A stretch of 64,000 bases of DNA from contig OZ241833.1 in the NCBI GenBank assembly GCA_965202585.1, forward strand, positions 41,788,001 through 41,852,000, written 5' to 3'. This document shows, piece after piece, positions 12,404 to 24,033 of the stretch (the stretch's first letter is position 1; each line of letters begins with the position of its first letter). Both the position numbers and the translations under genes were made by a program. Below the pieces are notes generated by a model. It made no database searches. It was not told the DNA's origin and was given only the letters and a program-made list of their open reading frames with translations. This DNA comes from Thalia democratica. Lineage: Eukaryota.

Positions 12404-14735
12404 ATATAACATTATAAGAAAATAAATTTGTTACTGAGTAGTAGTTGCTACAGTTACTTGTTGTGTAATATGTACTTTATGAAGACAAAAGCTTTTATAA
12501 TTGTTTATATAATTTATTATTTGGTTTTTATCACATTAAAGCGTTTGTAAATAACAAACTAGTCAAACGATACTGAAATCTAGCCGAGTTAGAGTACTTC
12601 AAGATTTTTTTAGTTAGAAGTTGACCATCTCTTGATTTAAAATGAGTTATTATTTCAAATCAACTAAAAACGTTCAAAATTTCTGGCCATATTAGAAGAT
12701 TTTTACAAAAGTTTAAAACTAAACCTTGCGATTGGCAAGAAACGTTAAGACTTTTTTTGATGACTGAAACTATGTTATGTATAAAATCATTTTGTAAACA
12801 TTATATAAGCAGACGTGTACACAAGTTTCTACAGAAACCTATAGTGATTTTAAAACTTAAACTCGAGACCAAAAATGTTTTATATATTTTTTTACAAACG
12901 GGCATATACTTTTATTGGCTAGTATTTTTTCTACATCAAGTATTAAGAAAGAAAGATTAGTTGTAAGTTATTTTAATTAAAATACTAATAATATAAAACA
13001 TAACAATTTCAGTCTAATTAGCCTTATTAAAATAAAGAAACAAAACCACTAGTTAAGCATTATATAATGTGACAATATAAAAGTATTTTGTTAATAAAAT
13101 ATTTAACTTTTACTTATACTTTAAATACTTTTTGACGCCGGTATTATATGCTGATGTTTTTTGCACTTAAAGAAGAACAGTAACTGCTCAGATTAAAGTT
13201 CTAATCATTTTGAATGCTAAGTGAAACTAGAAACTTGTGGAGAGCGTTTTGTTTTTTTGAAGATCGTGGTGTTCCTGGACAAGACATTGAACTGTGTCGA
13301 TGGAGTATGACATGACAGCCGAAAGGTTTGTATGCACACCAGATCATTCAATCAATTTTTTCATTGCTCAGTTTGTTTTTTTGTTGATCAGTAAACAATT
13401 GATTTTGTTTTTTAGTTTTCAGCTACCTAAAACTTGCCCACCTTCAAAAAAAAAAACAACTTAAAACTAAATTTTTGGTGCCTAACTTATTTATCAAAAA
13501 GCGCTATGTAGAAGATTACAGATTGGGAGCAGTGAAGAGGCAATGACTTAAGTTGAAAAACGGTTGACCGAGATAAAATGCTTAAAAGGCTGCACGCTAT
13601 TTTAACTCTTTTAACTCGGAAAATTAAAATTCCGAAAATTCAAATTCTAAAAAAAGACCAACACTTGAAAAATATCATATATTAAAAAATAATTAGTATG
13701 TATGGAGGTCTTGTAATATCTATAAATCGTTTTTTTTTTTTGTAAATTATTAAAAGAATTTCTAAATATGGCTAAATAATATGGCTAAATAATGTTTTAA
13801 AGTATACTTATTTTATTAATTTGTGAGTATTTTTAATTTTACAAACAAAATAAAATGCTTTGTAGATTTTGATAAAACTTACATATGTGACTTTTTTAGT
13901 AAATATTACCTCTAGAGATATTGTATTTTCAATATTTTTAAGAATTTGAATTGTTTGATTTGTAAATGTCATGTAACCATTTAAAAGATACTTCACTTAC
14001 TCAAGATTACGGTTTAAACGAATTAATTTATTTTACTGTTTTTTGAGAAAATTGTTTACACTTTTTTAATATTTGATAGTATTAATGATACTTTTCTGCT
14101 GAATTTTATCTTTTATGGTTAACATTTTATAAAAAAAGCATGTTCACACTGTTTTAAAAAATAAATAGTGTGACTAAAGCAAATGTTAACTTATTTAAGT
14201 TTGTATCTAAAACCAGAAAAAATAATAACAACAAAGGCATTTTTGATTTTAAAAGTTTTTATTAAAACTAAATTCCAATTATATTGCTTGTAAAGATACA
14301 AATTAAAATCATAAAAGTAAGAAGAAAGATTTATAAATAAAGATAGTTACAATGTTTATTTTTAAACGTGGACTAATTTGCTCAATATTTATTAAGTTTT
14401 ATATTTTACTGCTTGACACAATGACGCTCTTTTATTTATTTGCTAAACAATAAAAAACTAATATTTTTATTCGTTTGCTGAACAACAAAAAAGACGCTCA
14501 AACTATTTGGTACTAGGTCCAGGTGCACGAGGAACCTCCGGTTATCGAGTCGCACATCTTGTTTTAACGTCTTGTCGAGGACAAGAATAACAGTAGAATT
14601 TTTAAGTTAAGTCACACCTGTGTTAGTCTTTTTTTTGTGTTGCTAGACTAAATTAATATTAAGTTTATGCACAGTTGTCATGTAGAAACTTTCTAAACTT
14701 GTTCGCACTCCTTAGCAAGTTTTGTAAGATTAGAT

Positions 14736-15305
14736 AAGTTCAGGTTGATATTTTCTTTAAATGAAAATAGTAGTTTTTTTTTTAAGTTTTCAATTTAAAT
14801 ATTTTCAGTATGACTAAGCAGTTAACTCTTTTAGCTCTTTCCGTCAAAATTTTTAAAAATCAAAATACAAGGAATTGAAAATTTTTCCAAATCCAATGAT
14901 TTCCAAATTCTTTGAATTTCAAACTACCATTATAAATCTATGTTTTAAAAGGACGTAATGCTCTCCATATTCCTTGAAAGAATTTTGGCAAGAAATGCTA
15001 ATTGCTTCAAGGATAAAACTGAAACATTATGTTTTTATTATTTTACTATCTTCTTTTGTTCCAAAAGGAACAACTGCTCCAGTGTTCCTCCATACGTGTT
15101 GCCCCTGAAGCAGTATATAAAAAAAAGTGTACTACTTTATTGTGGTGACTGAATTAAAAACCACAGTTAAATTTTTGCACCAAATAAACTTGAAAGTCTA
15201 TAACAGCCTGCCGCCTATCTTAATAAGTGTAAAATAAAGATTTCATTTACAGGGATTTTTCTTATTCAATTATTATTATAAATATTTATAAATGATTATA
15301 TACTT
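14736..15305 (+). repeat. X block, right direct repeat of calpain cassette 1
   Basis: Colinear with 10216-10767, with substitutions and small indels. Confidence 0.9.
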
Positions 15306-15413
15306 AAGTTAGAAGTTAACGGGTTAGAAATGATTAGGTTAGAAGTGATCGGGTTATAAATGATCGGGTTAGATATGATAGCGAGTTAGAAATGATAGTA
15401 AACCAATGAACCC
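15306..15413. mobile_element. Truncated non-autonomous DNA-transposon end with ~15-bp GGGTTAGAAATGATC subrepeats
   Basis: About five degenerate 15-bp units ending ...AACCAATGAACCC followed by TTAA; the left end is cut at the X-block boundary. Second copy at 36587-36694. Confidence 0.4.
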
Positions 15414-15572
15414 TTAAGTTAGTGGTGGACAACTTATGTAATCAGCAAGTCATATTTACTAAAAAATCCTTTCTAGTGTCGATTGTTAAAAAAATGTACT
15501 TGCGGGCTGCGTAATTTAAAAAAACAACTCCAATTAACTATTGTTTCAGACAAAGCTATACTTAAATTTTCA

Positions 15573-16143
15573 AATATAGAAAAGCTAAAAAATAGCCCTT
15601 AAACAGCTGTCTAATGAAACAATAACCAAAACACTTTAGTTGCAAAGCTTTCGTCCTTTCTTAGACATTTTCAATGCAAAAATACGGCTGTAAAAACAAA
15701 AATTAAAACATAAAATATATATATATATATCTATAAATGGAAATTTAATTGATAAAATGACATCTATTAACAGCAAACAAAACACTTTATATAAAAAATG
15801 TTTACTAAATAATAAACACATTTACTTTATTCCTATAATATTAAAAAGAGTTTTGTTTTACAAAATTATATATGTAATTAATATTGTAGGAATAAAGTAA
15901 ATGTGTTTTTTATTTAGTAAAAATTTTTTATATAAAGTGTTTTGTTTGCTGTTAATAGATGTCATTTTATCAATTTTAAACATATTTTATATATATATAT
16001 TTTATGTTTTAATTTTTGTTTTTACAGCCGTATTTTTGAATTGAAAATTTCTAAATAAAGGACGAAAGCTTTGCAACTAAAGCGTTTTGGTTATTGTTTC
16101 ATTAGACAGCTATTTAAGGGCTATTTTTTAGCTTTTCTGTATT
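15573..16143. repeat. Long imperfect palindrome (~270-bp arms, 33-bp spacer 15845-15877)
   Basis: AATATAGAAAAGCTAAAAAATAGCCCTTAAACAGCTGTCTAATG... is the reverse complement of ...CATTAGACAGCTATTTAAGGGCTATTTTTTAGCTTTTCTGTATT; directly abuts the start of A-module 2. Confidence 0.95.
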
Positions 16144-17790
16144 ATTTGGTATGTTGATGTTAAATCTTAGTAAAACTGTAGTTTATAGCAATCATATTTT
16201 TATAAGTGTGTAAACTTAATAGTATAAAAATGTCGAAACTACTTTTTAAAACGTTTTATAATATTAACTTTTTAACGGTTTATTTATCAGTGTTAGTTTT
16301 GTACGATAGACCTCAGACTTTGTTGACTTATGAGGTTTAATCTTCTTGCAGAAAGAGAGGTTGTATATTTTTTACTACACAAAGTATTTAAAATATTCAC
16401 CTAAATTGAAGCACTAATATGCAGCTTGTAGTTTTAACATCACATATGAATTCAAATAAAACATAATTCTTACAGTATCTAATAATAAATACAACTTTGT
16501 TTATAAAAATTCTATACATCGTTGTAATCAACTATTCTCATACTTTGATATTAGCTTGACTTTTTTGTAGTTAAGTTAAGAAAATATATTCAGTTTTTTT
16601 CTTTGTTTTAAACAGTTAAGTAAGGCTTGTTTGATAATAAATGTTTAATAAATTATTTTTATTTTGTAAACTAGTGAATTAATTGACTGAAATTTCGAGT
16701 AAAAGCATCAAGTTTAAAGCTTATAAGTTAAAAAAAACAATTTAACTAAATATTTTTTATTGTTGTGGTTTTTTTATATAGTAACGAACAGCAATGTACA
16801 TACTAACTATTAAATTTAAAAAATATTTTAATCGAATAGTTTTACAGATTATTATATAAAATGAACTTGTAAGAAAAATACACGTAATGTTAGCACTTAT
16901 TACAAAAATATAGACATATGAAGTAATTTATTAGAATTATTTATTTTATTATTTATTATGTAGAACAGTCTATAAAATTGTTTTAAACTTTTAGGCATTC
17001 ATTATAGTTTTTATAAGAAATATGGTTATATAACTAGCAAAAAAAAAAGAATCTTAAATAAAAGTTTTTTTTTTAATATATAAATTTTTATCAAGTTTAT
17101 TATTTTTTGCAAGATAATCCAATACAAAACTAAATCAGCTTGGAAATGTTGTTTTCTATTATGGTTACCCATACTTTACCCTGACTAACTTGTTTTTATT
17201 TGAAAGAGTTTTCACATAAGGTAAAATGTTACAATTTTTTTTTGCAATTTATAAGTTGTCTAAATACAATTGTAATAAATCAAATTTTTATTGAAAAACT
17301 TGCTAACTAATTTAATTTTGAAATTACTCAATAGATTTAAATTTCAGTAAGTAGGGAAACATGTTTAATTATACTGTTTTAGAATGTGGTATACATTATT
17401 TTTCAATGGTTTTATAAATTGATAAATTAAAAAGTTTCATTAGTCTGAAGTACTTAAGTATGTTATGAGCTAACAAAATTACAAAGAGTCTGAAATCACG
17501 TTATATAAAGTGTTATTAATAATACTTTTTATATATATAATTAACTGAATGAAAATACATTAAACTACCAAATATGAACATTTTTATTTAAATTAAATAC
17601 TAAGAGTTTAAAATAAAAATTATAACTTAAAAGCTGCAAAAGTTATATCTAAATATAGAAGAATATAGTAAAGCTTTTCATGTTAATTAAATTAAAAATT
17701 TATTTATCTAAATATATTTATTGTAGTTTTAACTATATTCTAATTTTTCATTGTTTACAGCTGTTTCATAGTAGTTAAAATTTACTGAAC

Positions 17791-19440
17791 ATGTTAACTT
17801 ACCTCTGTTCAGTTGTTCCATGGTGCACTTTCATCTTCACGACGTGGAAAACCAGTAATTTCTTCGATTACATACTTCAATACTCTCTTAACATGCAGCA
17901 ATTGGTCCTTAACAATTTTGACAAAGACACTATCAGAGATCAGCTCCATAATTTTGTAGACAAAACCTGCGATTACTGCTTCGACCCTGAGAAATTGTTG
18001 GAAAAAAACAAAAGTTTCATCCAATTTTTGTACTACTTAACAATGATTAGTGCAGTCTGTTTTGTGTGGAACTTTACCGACCAAATTATAGCTTTTGTCG
18101 CAATTTACTTGTTGTACAGTCATTATGACGTCATAAAAAAAAGATGTTGCGACCTGTGGAGTATAATCAAACGCCGTTGGTGGATTTCGAGTGGGATTTT
18201 TATTTTGGCGGCAACTTTTACATGGAGTTGCATAGATATTGTTATATTTGCAAACTTCAATGAACAATACAGTTGGATTATTTGTATAGCGGGTAGTTTT
18301 TCATCCTTCAATATGGTGTGGGTTTTCACCAAAAATTGTGTCAGTTGCTCGGGTTATGTAATAAACTTGTTAAATTTTGCAATCAAAAATCCTTTGGCAG
18401 TTTTCTATGTGATAGCTGTTTTGGTGTTGGTAGGTTTTTGCTGGAGTTTGAGTAAAGTAATAGTCTTTAAAGTCAGAAAGTTTCTGAAAGTAAAGAAAAC
18501 TGACTTGTATGACGTTGTTAAAAGCTCTCTGACTGAAATATCAGGCATTTTCGAAAAATCTAAATTTCTTGTTGAATTGGAAGTTCCAGAAAACTCTGAA
18601 GATCTTCCGTTACCTGAGCCTCCTACACAGTTTAAACTTTCTGAAAACTCTGACGATCTTCCGTTACCTGAATTTCCTGCACAATGTGAAGTTTCAGAAA
18701 ACTATGAAGATCTTCAGTTACCTGAACTTTCTGCACAAAATAAAGTTCCTCAAAAATGTGAAAACATCAAAAGCTTGATGAAAAATAACGATGAGGCGAC
18801 TGTATCTGAAGATGAAGACACTTTAGAAACTAAAGTAGTAAATCCTGAAATTTCAAAAGCAAAGACCGAAGCTACTACTGTTTTTCCTTTCAATGCTGAT
18901 AAATTTTTAACGGTCAATTGTCAAGATGACAACAAAGTTGCAGTTAAAGTTTTAACTGCTAAAGATATAAACACTGAAGCTTCTAACAAAAGTATTCCTT
19001 CTATACCTGATAAAATACCAGCATTTAAACCTGAAGAGACCAATAAGGTTGTAGTTGAAGCCTTAAAAAGAGAAGTGACAAGCACTAAATCTTCTGACAA
19101 CAGTATTCCCTCTACACCTGATATAATTCTACCAGTCAAAACTAAATATACTAAAAAGATTGTTGCTGAAGCGTCAAAAGCTGATTCAGATGAAGAATTC
19201 CGTAGAACTCCTCTGAATCCTGAAGATTGTGACAGTTCTTCTGAATCTGATAAAATTAAGGATTGTGAAAAATTACCAGAAGCAACTAGGACTTCACCTG
19301 TTCCAAAGATGTTCCTTCACCCTTTCTTCTATTCTGATAGATCTAAGAATACGTCAGGAAGTGAATCTGAAAAAAACGAAGACCGTGAACCAGGAAAGAA
19401 TGATGTGAGAGGTGATAACCGAAAAGATGAAACAAAATGA
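17791..19440 (+). CDS. A2: 549-aa multi-pass membrane protein with 3 x 18-aa repeats and a charged tail (only intact copy)
   Basis: Uninterrupted ATG-to-TGA ORF. Several hydrophobic segments in the first ~225 aa (FIQFLYYLTMISAVCFVW, IIAFVAIYLLY, WWISSGIFILAATFTW, WIICIAGSF, PLAVFYVIAVLVLVGFCWSL); conserved in four paralogues. No family recognised. Confidence 0.9.
   Translation: MLTYLCSVVPWCTFIFTTWKTSNFFDYILQYSLNMQQLVLNNFDKDTIRDQLHNFVDKTCDYCFDPEKLLEKNKSFIQFLYYLTMISAVCFVWNFTDQIIAFVAIYLLYSHYDVIKKRCCDLWSIIKRRWWISSGIFILAATFTWSCIDIVIFANFNEQYSWIICIAGSFSSFNMVWVFTKNCVSCSGYVINLLNFAIKNPLAVFYVIAVLVLVGFCWSLSKVIVFKVRKFLKVKKTDLYDVVKSSLTEISGIFEKSKFLVELEVPENSEDLPLPEPPTQFKLSENSDDLPLPEFPAQCEVSENYEDLQLPELSAQNKVPQKCENIKSLMKNNDEATVSEDEDTLETKVVNPEISKAKTEATTVFPFNADKFLTVNCQDDNKVAVKVLTAKDINTEASNKSIPSIPDKIPAFKPEETNKVVVEALKREVTSTKSSDNSIPSTPDIILPVKTKYTKKIVAEASKADSDEEFRRTPLNPEDCDSSSESDKIKDCEKLPEATRTSPVPKMFLHPFFYSDRSKNTSGSESEKNEDREPGKNDVRGDNRKDETK
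18583..18744 (+). repeat. Coding 54-bp tandem repeat, 3 units
   Basis: Translation VPENSEDLPLPEPPTQFK / LSENSDDLPLPEFPAQCE / VSENYEDLQLPELSAQNK. Confidence 0.95.
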
Positions 19441-20714
19441 ACGACTAAAGCCATGTAACCGGAAATTCTCTTGAAAATATTATTTAGTTATCATTGATGT
19501 ATACTTAGTGTTAGATTTGAATTTTTTGTTACATTTTTTAAAATTTAGTTTCGTTGTATGGTGTTTTGTTTTGTGAATCGCACTGAGACTAAAAATAATA
19601 AAATATCACTAAATATCAGTACTTTTTTGATTAGTAAACAGTAAAAATCAATGTATTTAAAAACTTTAAATGTTAAGTATTTGGAATAGTTTAATTTATA
19701 ACTATGTTTATTAATCTGGTCATATATTTGCAAATATAACTTTTAACTTTGAGTATTGTTACATCAAATAAAATTTATTCTAATATTATCAATGAATCAT
19801 GTTTAAACATTAATAAAAATAAAAATTTTATCTCAAACCTTGGTTTTAATGAAATTGTTAAATGAACTCGAAAAAGTCTTATGCTGTATGACAAAACCAT
19901 TTTAAGTTAAATTTTCTTTACCATCACCTATGCAGTCTAGACTTTTTAGAAACTAAACTTAAATTTGAATTTAGTTTACATATCTGAAGTTTCAGTTTGA
20001 TAAAAAAAGGAAATTCTGTTTTAATTTGATGGTGTATTTAGAGTTCTAATTTTAAGCCTTATTATTTAATTTAGTTTGTTGTTTACTAGAATTTGTTTTG
20101 CCAGTAGTTTGTAAGAATGTATATTTAATTTCAGTTGAATTAAAATGACCTTATAGTTATAATTTCTTGTAATAGCTTAGTAATCTTAGCATAAATTTGT
20201 TTTGATAAGCAGTCTAATAAGCAGTTTTTCGCTAGAGTACTAGGTGTTTTTGTAATAATAAAATTTAATTGTTGTATGTTATCATATAGTATGTTGATAG
20301 TTTTAACTTAAGTTGAGGCTATTGTCTTCCTACATTTTGCCATGTTTTTTTTTCAGATTTTATAAAAGGTGATGATCTAATTTTTGAGCGAAACATTGTT
20401 TTGAAAATAAGAGGTTTAAAATAATTGGAATATCTACTTATAATAAAAATTTTTCATATAGATTTAAACTTTTTTCTTGCAGTACAATGGTTTCTTGCAA
20501 TATACAATTTTTTTTTTCAAGTGTGTGTACTGTATTATATGCACATAAAAACTATCTTTGAATAAAAATAAAGTTTTACAGGTAGCAAGATATATTTTTT
20601 AAAGTAATATGAACTTGTTTTCTAGAGTTTTAATCTGTTTTTATTTTTTTTTAATAAGATCTACTGACAAACAGTTTTGTAGCAGCTGAATTCAATATGA
20701 ATGTTTCATATGTT

Positions 20715-21046
20715 AGAGATGGGCAATATACGAACCGGAAAGTGAAAACGATCGGACCACCAATGTTTACAAAATTTATAAAATTTAAAAGAAATCCGGC
20801 CTGCAAAAGGTATAACTGAGCAAGATTGTAAATCTGGTTCACTTAACCGAGTTTTAAAGCTTACACTAGGTTTTTTGGGACTTGATTTGAAGAAGAAAAG
20901 AAAGTTGTTAAGTGCAAATTATTGAAGATTTGAGTTGAAAATAATACAGAACTAGTGTTTTGTCGAATTGATTCGGATTGATTGAGTAATTTTTGTGAGT
21001 TAAATGGAATTGAAATGCCCAGTTCCGCTAAACACTAAACTTTTTT
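20715..21046. mobile_element. MITE copy behind A2, right end truncated
   Basis: Homologous to 5961-6330 up to ACTAAACTTTTT, then switches to unrelated T-rich sequence. Confidence 0.6.
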
Positions 21047-21120
21047 AACTTTTTTTTTAATAAATTTTTTTTTATCAATATTGAATATAGATGGTTTATA
21101 TACAGTAATTAGAGTAGACA

Positions 21121-21384
21121 GGCGGGCGCCTGTATGGCCCAGCGGTTTGCTTCTGCGACTGCCGGCCCTGCGTCCCGAGCTCGAGTCCCATGGGGACGAC
21201 CACGCAAGCATATAAGAATGCTATTAGCTGCTAGAACCTTTGTTAGCGCGATGTGCATTAGATTGCAAACCTTGTTAGGTCGTTTTTTCAGAGGGAGATT
21301 GTAATTCCACTGGGACGTGAACTTGGTACGCAGGACAGGCAGCCGAAATCAAACAGGCAGGCTGTCCAGCGCCCACTTTTTTTT
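21121..21384 (+). mobile_element. tRNA-head SINE-like or Pol III-type structured element (~260 bp)
   Basis: GC-rich island with A box TGGCCCAGCGG (21135) and B-box-like GCTCGAGTCC (21179), a 5'/3' complementary GCGGGCGC / GCGCCCAC pair and a T8 run at 21377-21384; lies between 33-bp direct repeats at 21073-21105 and 21486-21518. Confidence 0.6.
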
Positions 21385-24033
21385 GTCTTTTCAATGTCTC
21401 TTTCTGATCAGTAACTTCTTTTTTTACACAATTTTTTCACTAATTCTATACTTTTTAAACTTTTTTTTTTCAATGAAATTTTTTATATCAATATTGAATA
21501 TAGATGGTTTATATACAGAAAGAAAATTAACGTGTTCTTATCACTATTTGCGCTAATTGGGGTGCATAAATATTTATCAGTTTGTGGAACACTGCTTCAA
21601 CTTTTTATTAAAACTTAAGTTTATATTTTTAACATAGTTTAAAACTAAAACTCTACCTAAATATTTTAACATCTTTTACAATTATAAAGCGGTCAAAATT
21701 TTTATCTTAAATGAACTTTATTGCAACTAAAAACTATTACAAAAATTTTTTTTTGTAAAATGTAACAAACTCATAAGTATGTAGACTGTTTAAAGTAAAT
21801 GTGAAACAAAAATACAATTATAATAATGTAATTAGTATAAACTATAGTTTAACGAAGAATTAATATCAAAATACTTAACTATGTAATACACTAAACTCTT
21901 TTTTTTGTAGATTAGTTTTTATTTAGCTACAACTTAAGTTTAAAAGTTTTTTAGCTAAAACTTAATTTGCTTTTTGTTAATAGGTTACAAAAATTCATAA
22001 TAGAAACTAAGCTACTAAAAAAAAAGTTTATTACATTATTTGGTATGTTGATGTTAAATCTTAGTCAAACTATAGTTTATAGCAATCATATTTTTATAAG
22101 TGTGTGAACTTAATAGTATAAAATTGTCGAAACTACTTTTTAAAACGTTTTATAATATTAACTTTTTAACGGTTTATTTATCAGTGTTAGTTTTGTACGA
22201 TAGACCTCAGACTTTGTTGACTTATGAGGTTTAATCTTCTTGCAGAAAGAGAGGTTATATGTTTTTTACTAAACAAAGTATTTAAAATATTCACCTAAAT
22301 TGAAGTATTAATATGCAGCTTATAGTTTTAACATCACAACAACTACAGCTTTAAACAAGTAAATCAAACATCTAGAGCAACTTGACTCCTACCTAGAAAA
22401 ATATCGATAAATTAGTTACTTTAAGAAGTACGCACCAACGTAAAGTAGATACCATTGAATAACAAAAAATATTCAGATCGAGATAAAAAAACATATTGGT
22501 TAAACTAATTAGACTAAATGAACGAAAAAAGGATATTATTATGATCTATACAACTGTAGTACAAATAATTGTTAAAAAATCTAGTAATTTTAAAACTAAA
22601 TGGATGGACAGTATCTTAATAAATTGATGCTTACCTATGTTCGGTGATAAAATAGTAAAAGTTTTCTCAGAACAGTAATGTATCATTTTTGTCTGGGTTT
22701 AAAGTGTATACTATATTAATGTTTCTACTCTATATATAATGTAGTGCAATTATATCTAACTTTGCATTAAAATCAAGAGGAATTTTGACAAGCTTAGTTA
22801 TGAAAATAGTTTAAAAGCAATAGATTTTAGCTGTACTGGAAAAAAAAAGTAATTGCTGTTTAAAACCAACAAAAAACATTGTAAATTTTTAGAAAAGATA
22901 TGTAAGTGAATTAAAATTTTAAGTTACTATATCAACCTCAATTTTTATTACCTTGTTTTTGCATTAAATAAAATTTTATTTCAAACTGCTAACTTTTATA
23001 AATACAAAAATAAAAACTAAGTAACAATGTTTAAAGGGATTGCGTCGCAGAAATATTAATAAACAGTTATTTGCGTAATACTCCATAAAACCCGAACTGC
23101 TTTTAGAATAATTATAAATAATATTTGATTTATTGAATTCAAATAATACATAATTCTTACAGTATCTAAAAATAAATACAACTTTGTTTATAAAAATTCT
23201 ATACCTCGTTGTAATCAACTATTCTCATACTTAGATATTCGCTTGACTTTTTTGTAGTTAAGTTAGGAAAATATATTCAGCTTTTTTTTTAGTTCTAAAC
23301 AAGTTTTTTTTTAATATATAAATTTTTATCAAGTTTATTATTTTTGCAAGATAATCCAATACAAAATTAAATCAGTTTAGAAATGTTGTTTTCTATTATG
23401 GTTACCCATACTTTATCCTGACTAACTTGTTTTTATTTAAAAGAGTTTTCACATAAGGTAAAATGTTATATTTTTTTTTTTGCAATTTATAAGTTGACCA
23501 AATACAATTGCAATAAATTAAATTTTTATTGAAAAACTTGCAAACCAATTTAATTTTGAAATTACTTAAGAGATTTAAATTTCAATAAGTAGGGAAACAT
23601 GTTTAATTATACTGTTTTAGATTGTGGTATATATTGTTTTTCAAAGGTTTTATAAATTAATAATTTTAAAAGTATTATTAGTCTGAAGTACTTAAGTTTG
23701 TTATAAGCTAACAAAATTTCAAAGAGTCTGAAATCACGTTTTGTAAAAATTATTGATAATACTATTTATTTAAATAATTAACTGAAAGAAAATACGTTAA
23801 ACTACCAAATTTGAACATTTTAATTTAAATTAAATACTAAGAGTTGAAAATAAAAATTCTAACTTAAAAGCTGCAAAAGTTATATCTGAATATAGAAGAG
23901 TATGGTAAAGCTTTTCATGGTTCACTAAATTAAAAATTTACTTTTATCTAAATATATTTATTGTAGTTTTATCTATATTCTAATTTTGACATACTTTATA
24001 CAGCTGTTTCATAGTAAATAAAATTTACTGAAC

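Larger units (their letters stand above)
6020..16450 (+). repeat. Core block copy 1 (recent segmental duplication, ~10.4 kb)
   Basis: Near-identical to ~27330-37740 (offset ~21.3 kb) and ~55870-64000 (a further ~28.55 kb). Edges approximate. Confidence 0.95.
16144..21046 (+). repeat. A-module copy 2
   Basis: Same flanks as module 1 but lacks ~0.8 kb of 5' flank present in modules 1 and 3 (deletion shared with module 4); ends inside the MITE. Confidence 0.85.

Noticed and set aside
8815-13330. Non-standard genetic code (in-frame TGA where Trp would fit, at ~9645, ~8925 and ~13316)
   Set aside because: TAA and TAG lesions also occur in these decayed exons, TGA ends the conserved A ORF, and TGG is used normally; TGG>TGA decay explains it.
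15306-15413. Interstitial telomeric repeat (GGGTTA)
   Set aside because: The period is ~15 bp with an AAATGATC filler, not tandem hexamers; it looks like a transposon subterminal array.
21121-21200. Functional tRNA, 7SL or vault RNA gene
   Set aside because: Acceptor and T stems do not pair despite a CCA-like end; no SRP helix 8 consensus; the vault-like similarity is limited to the generic A box.
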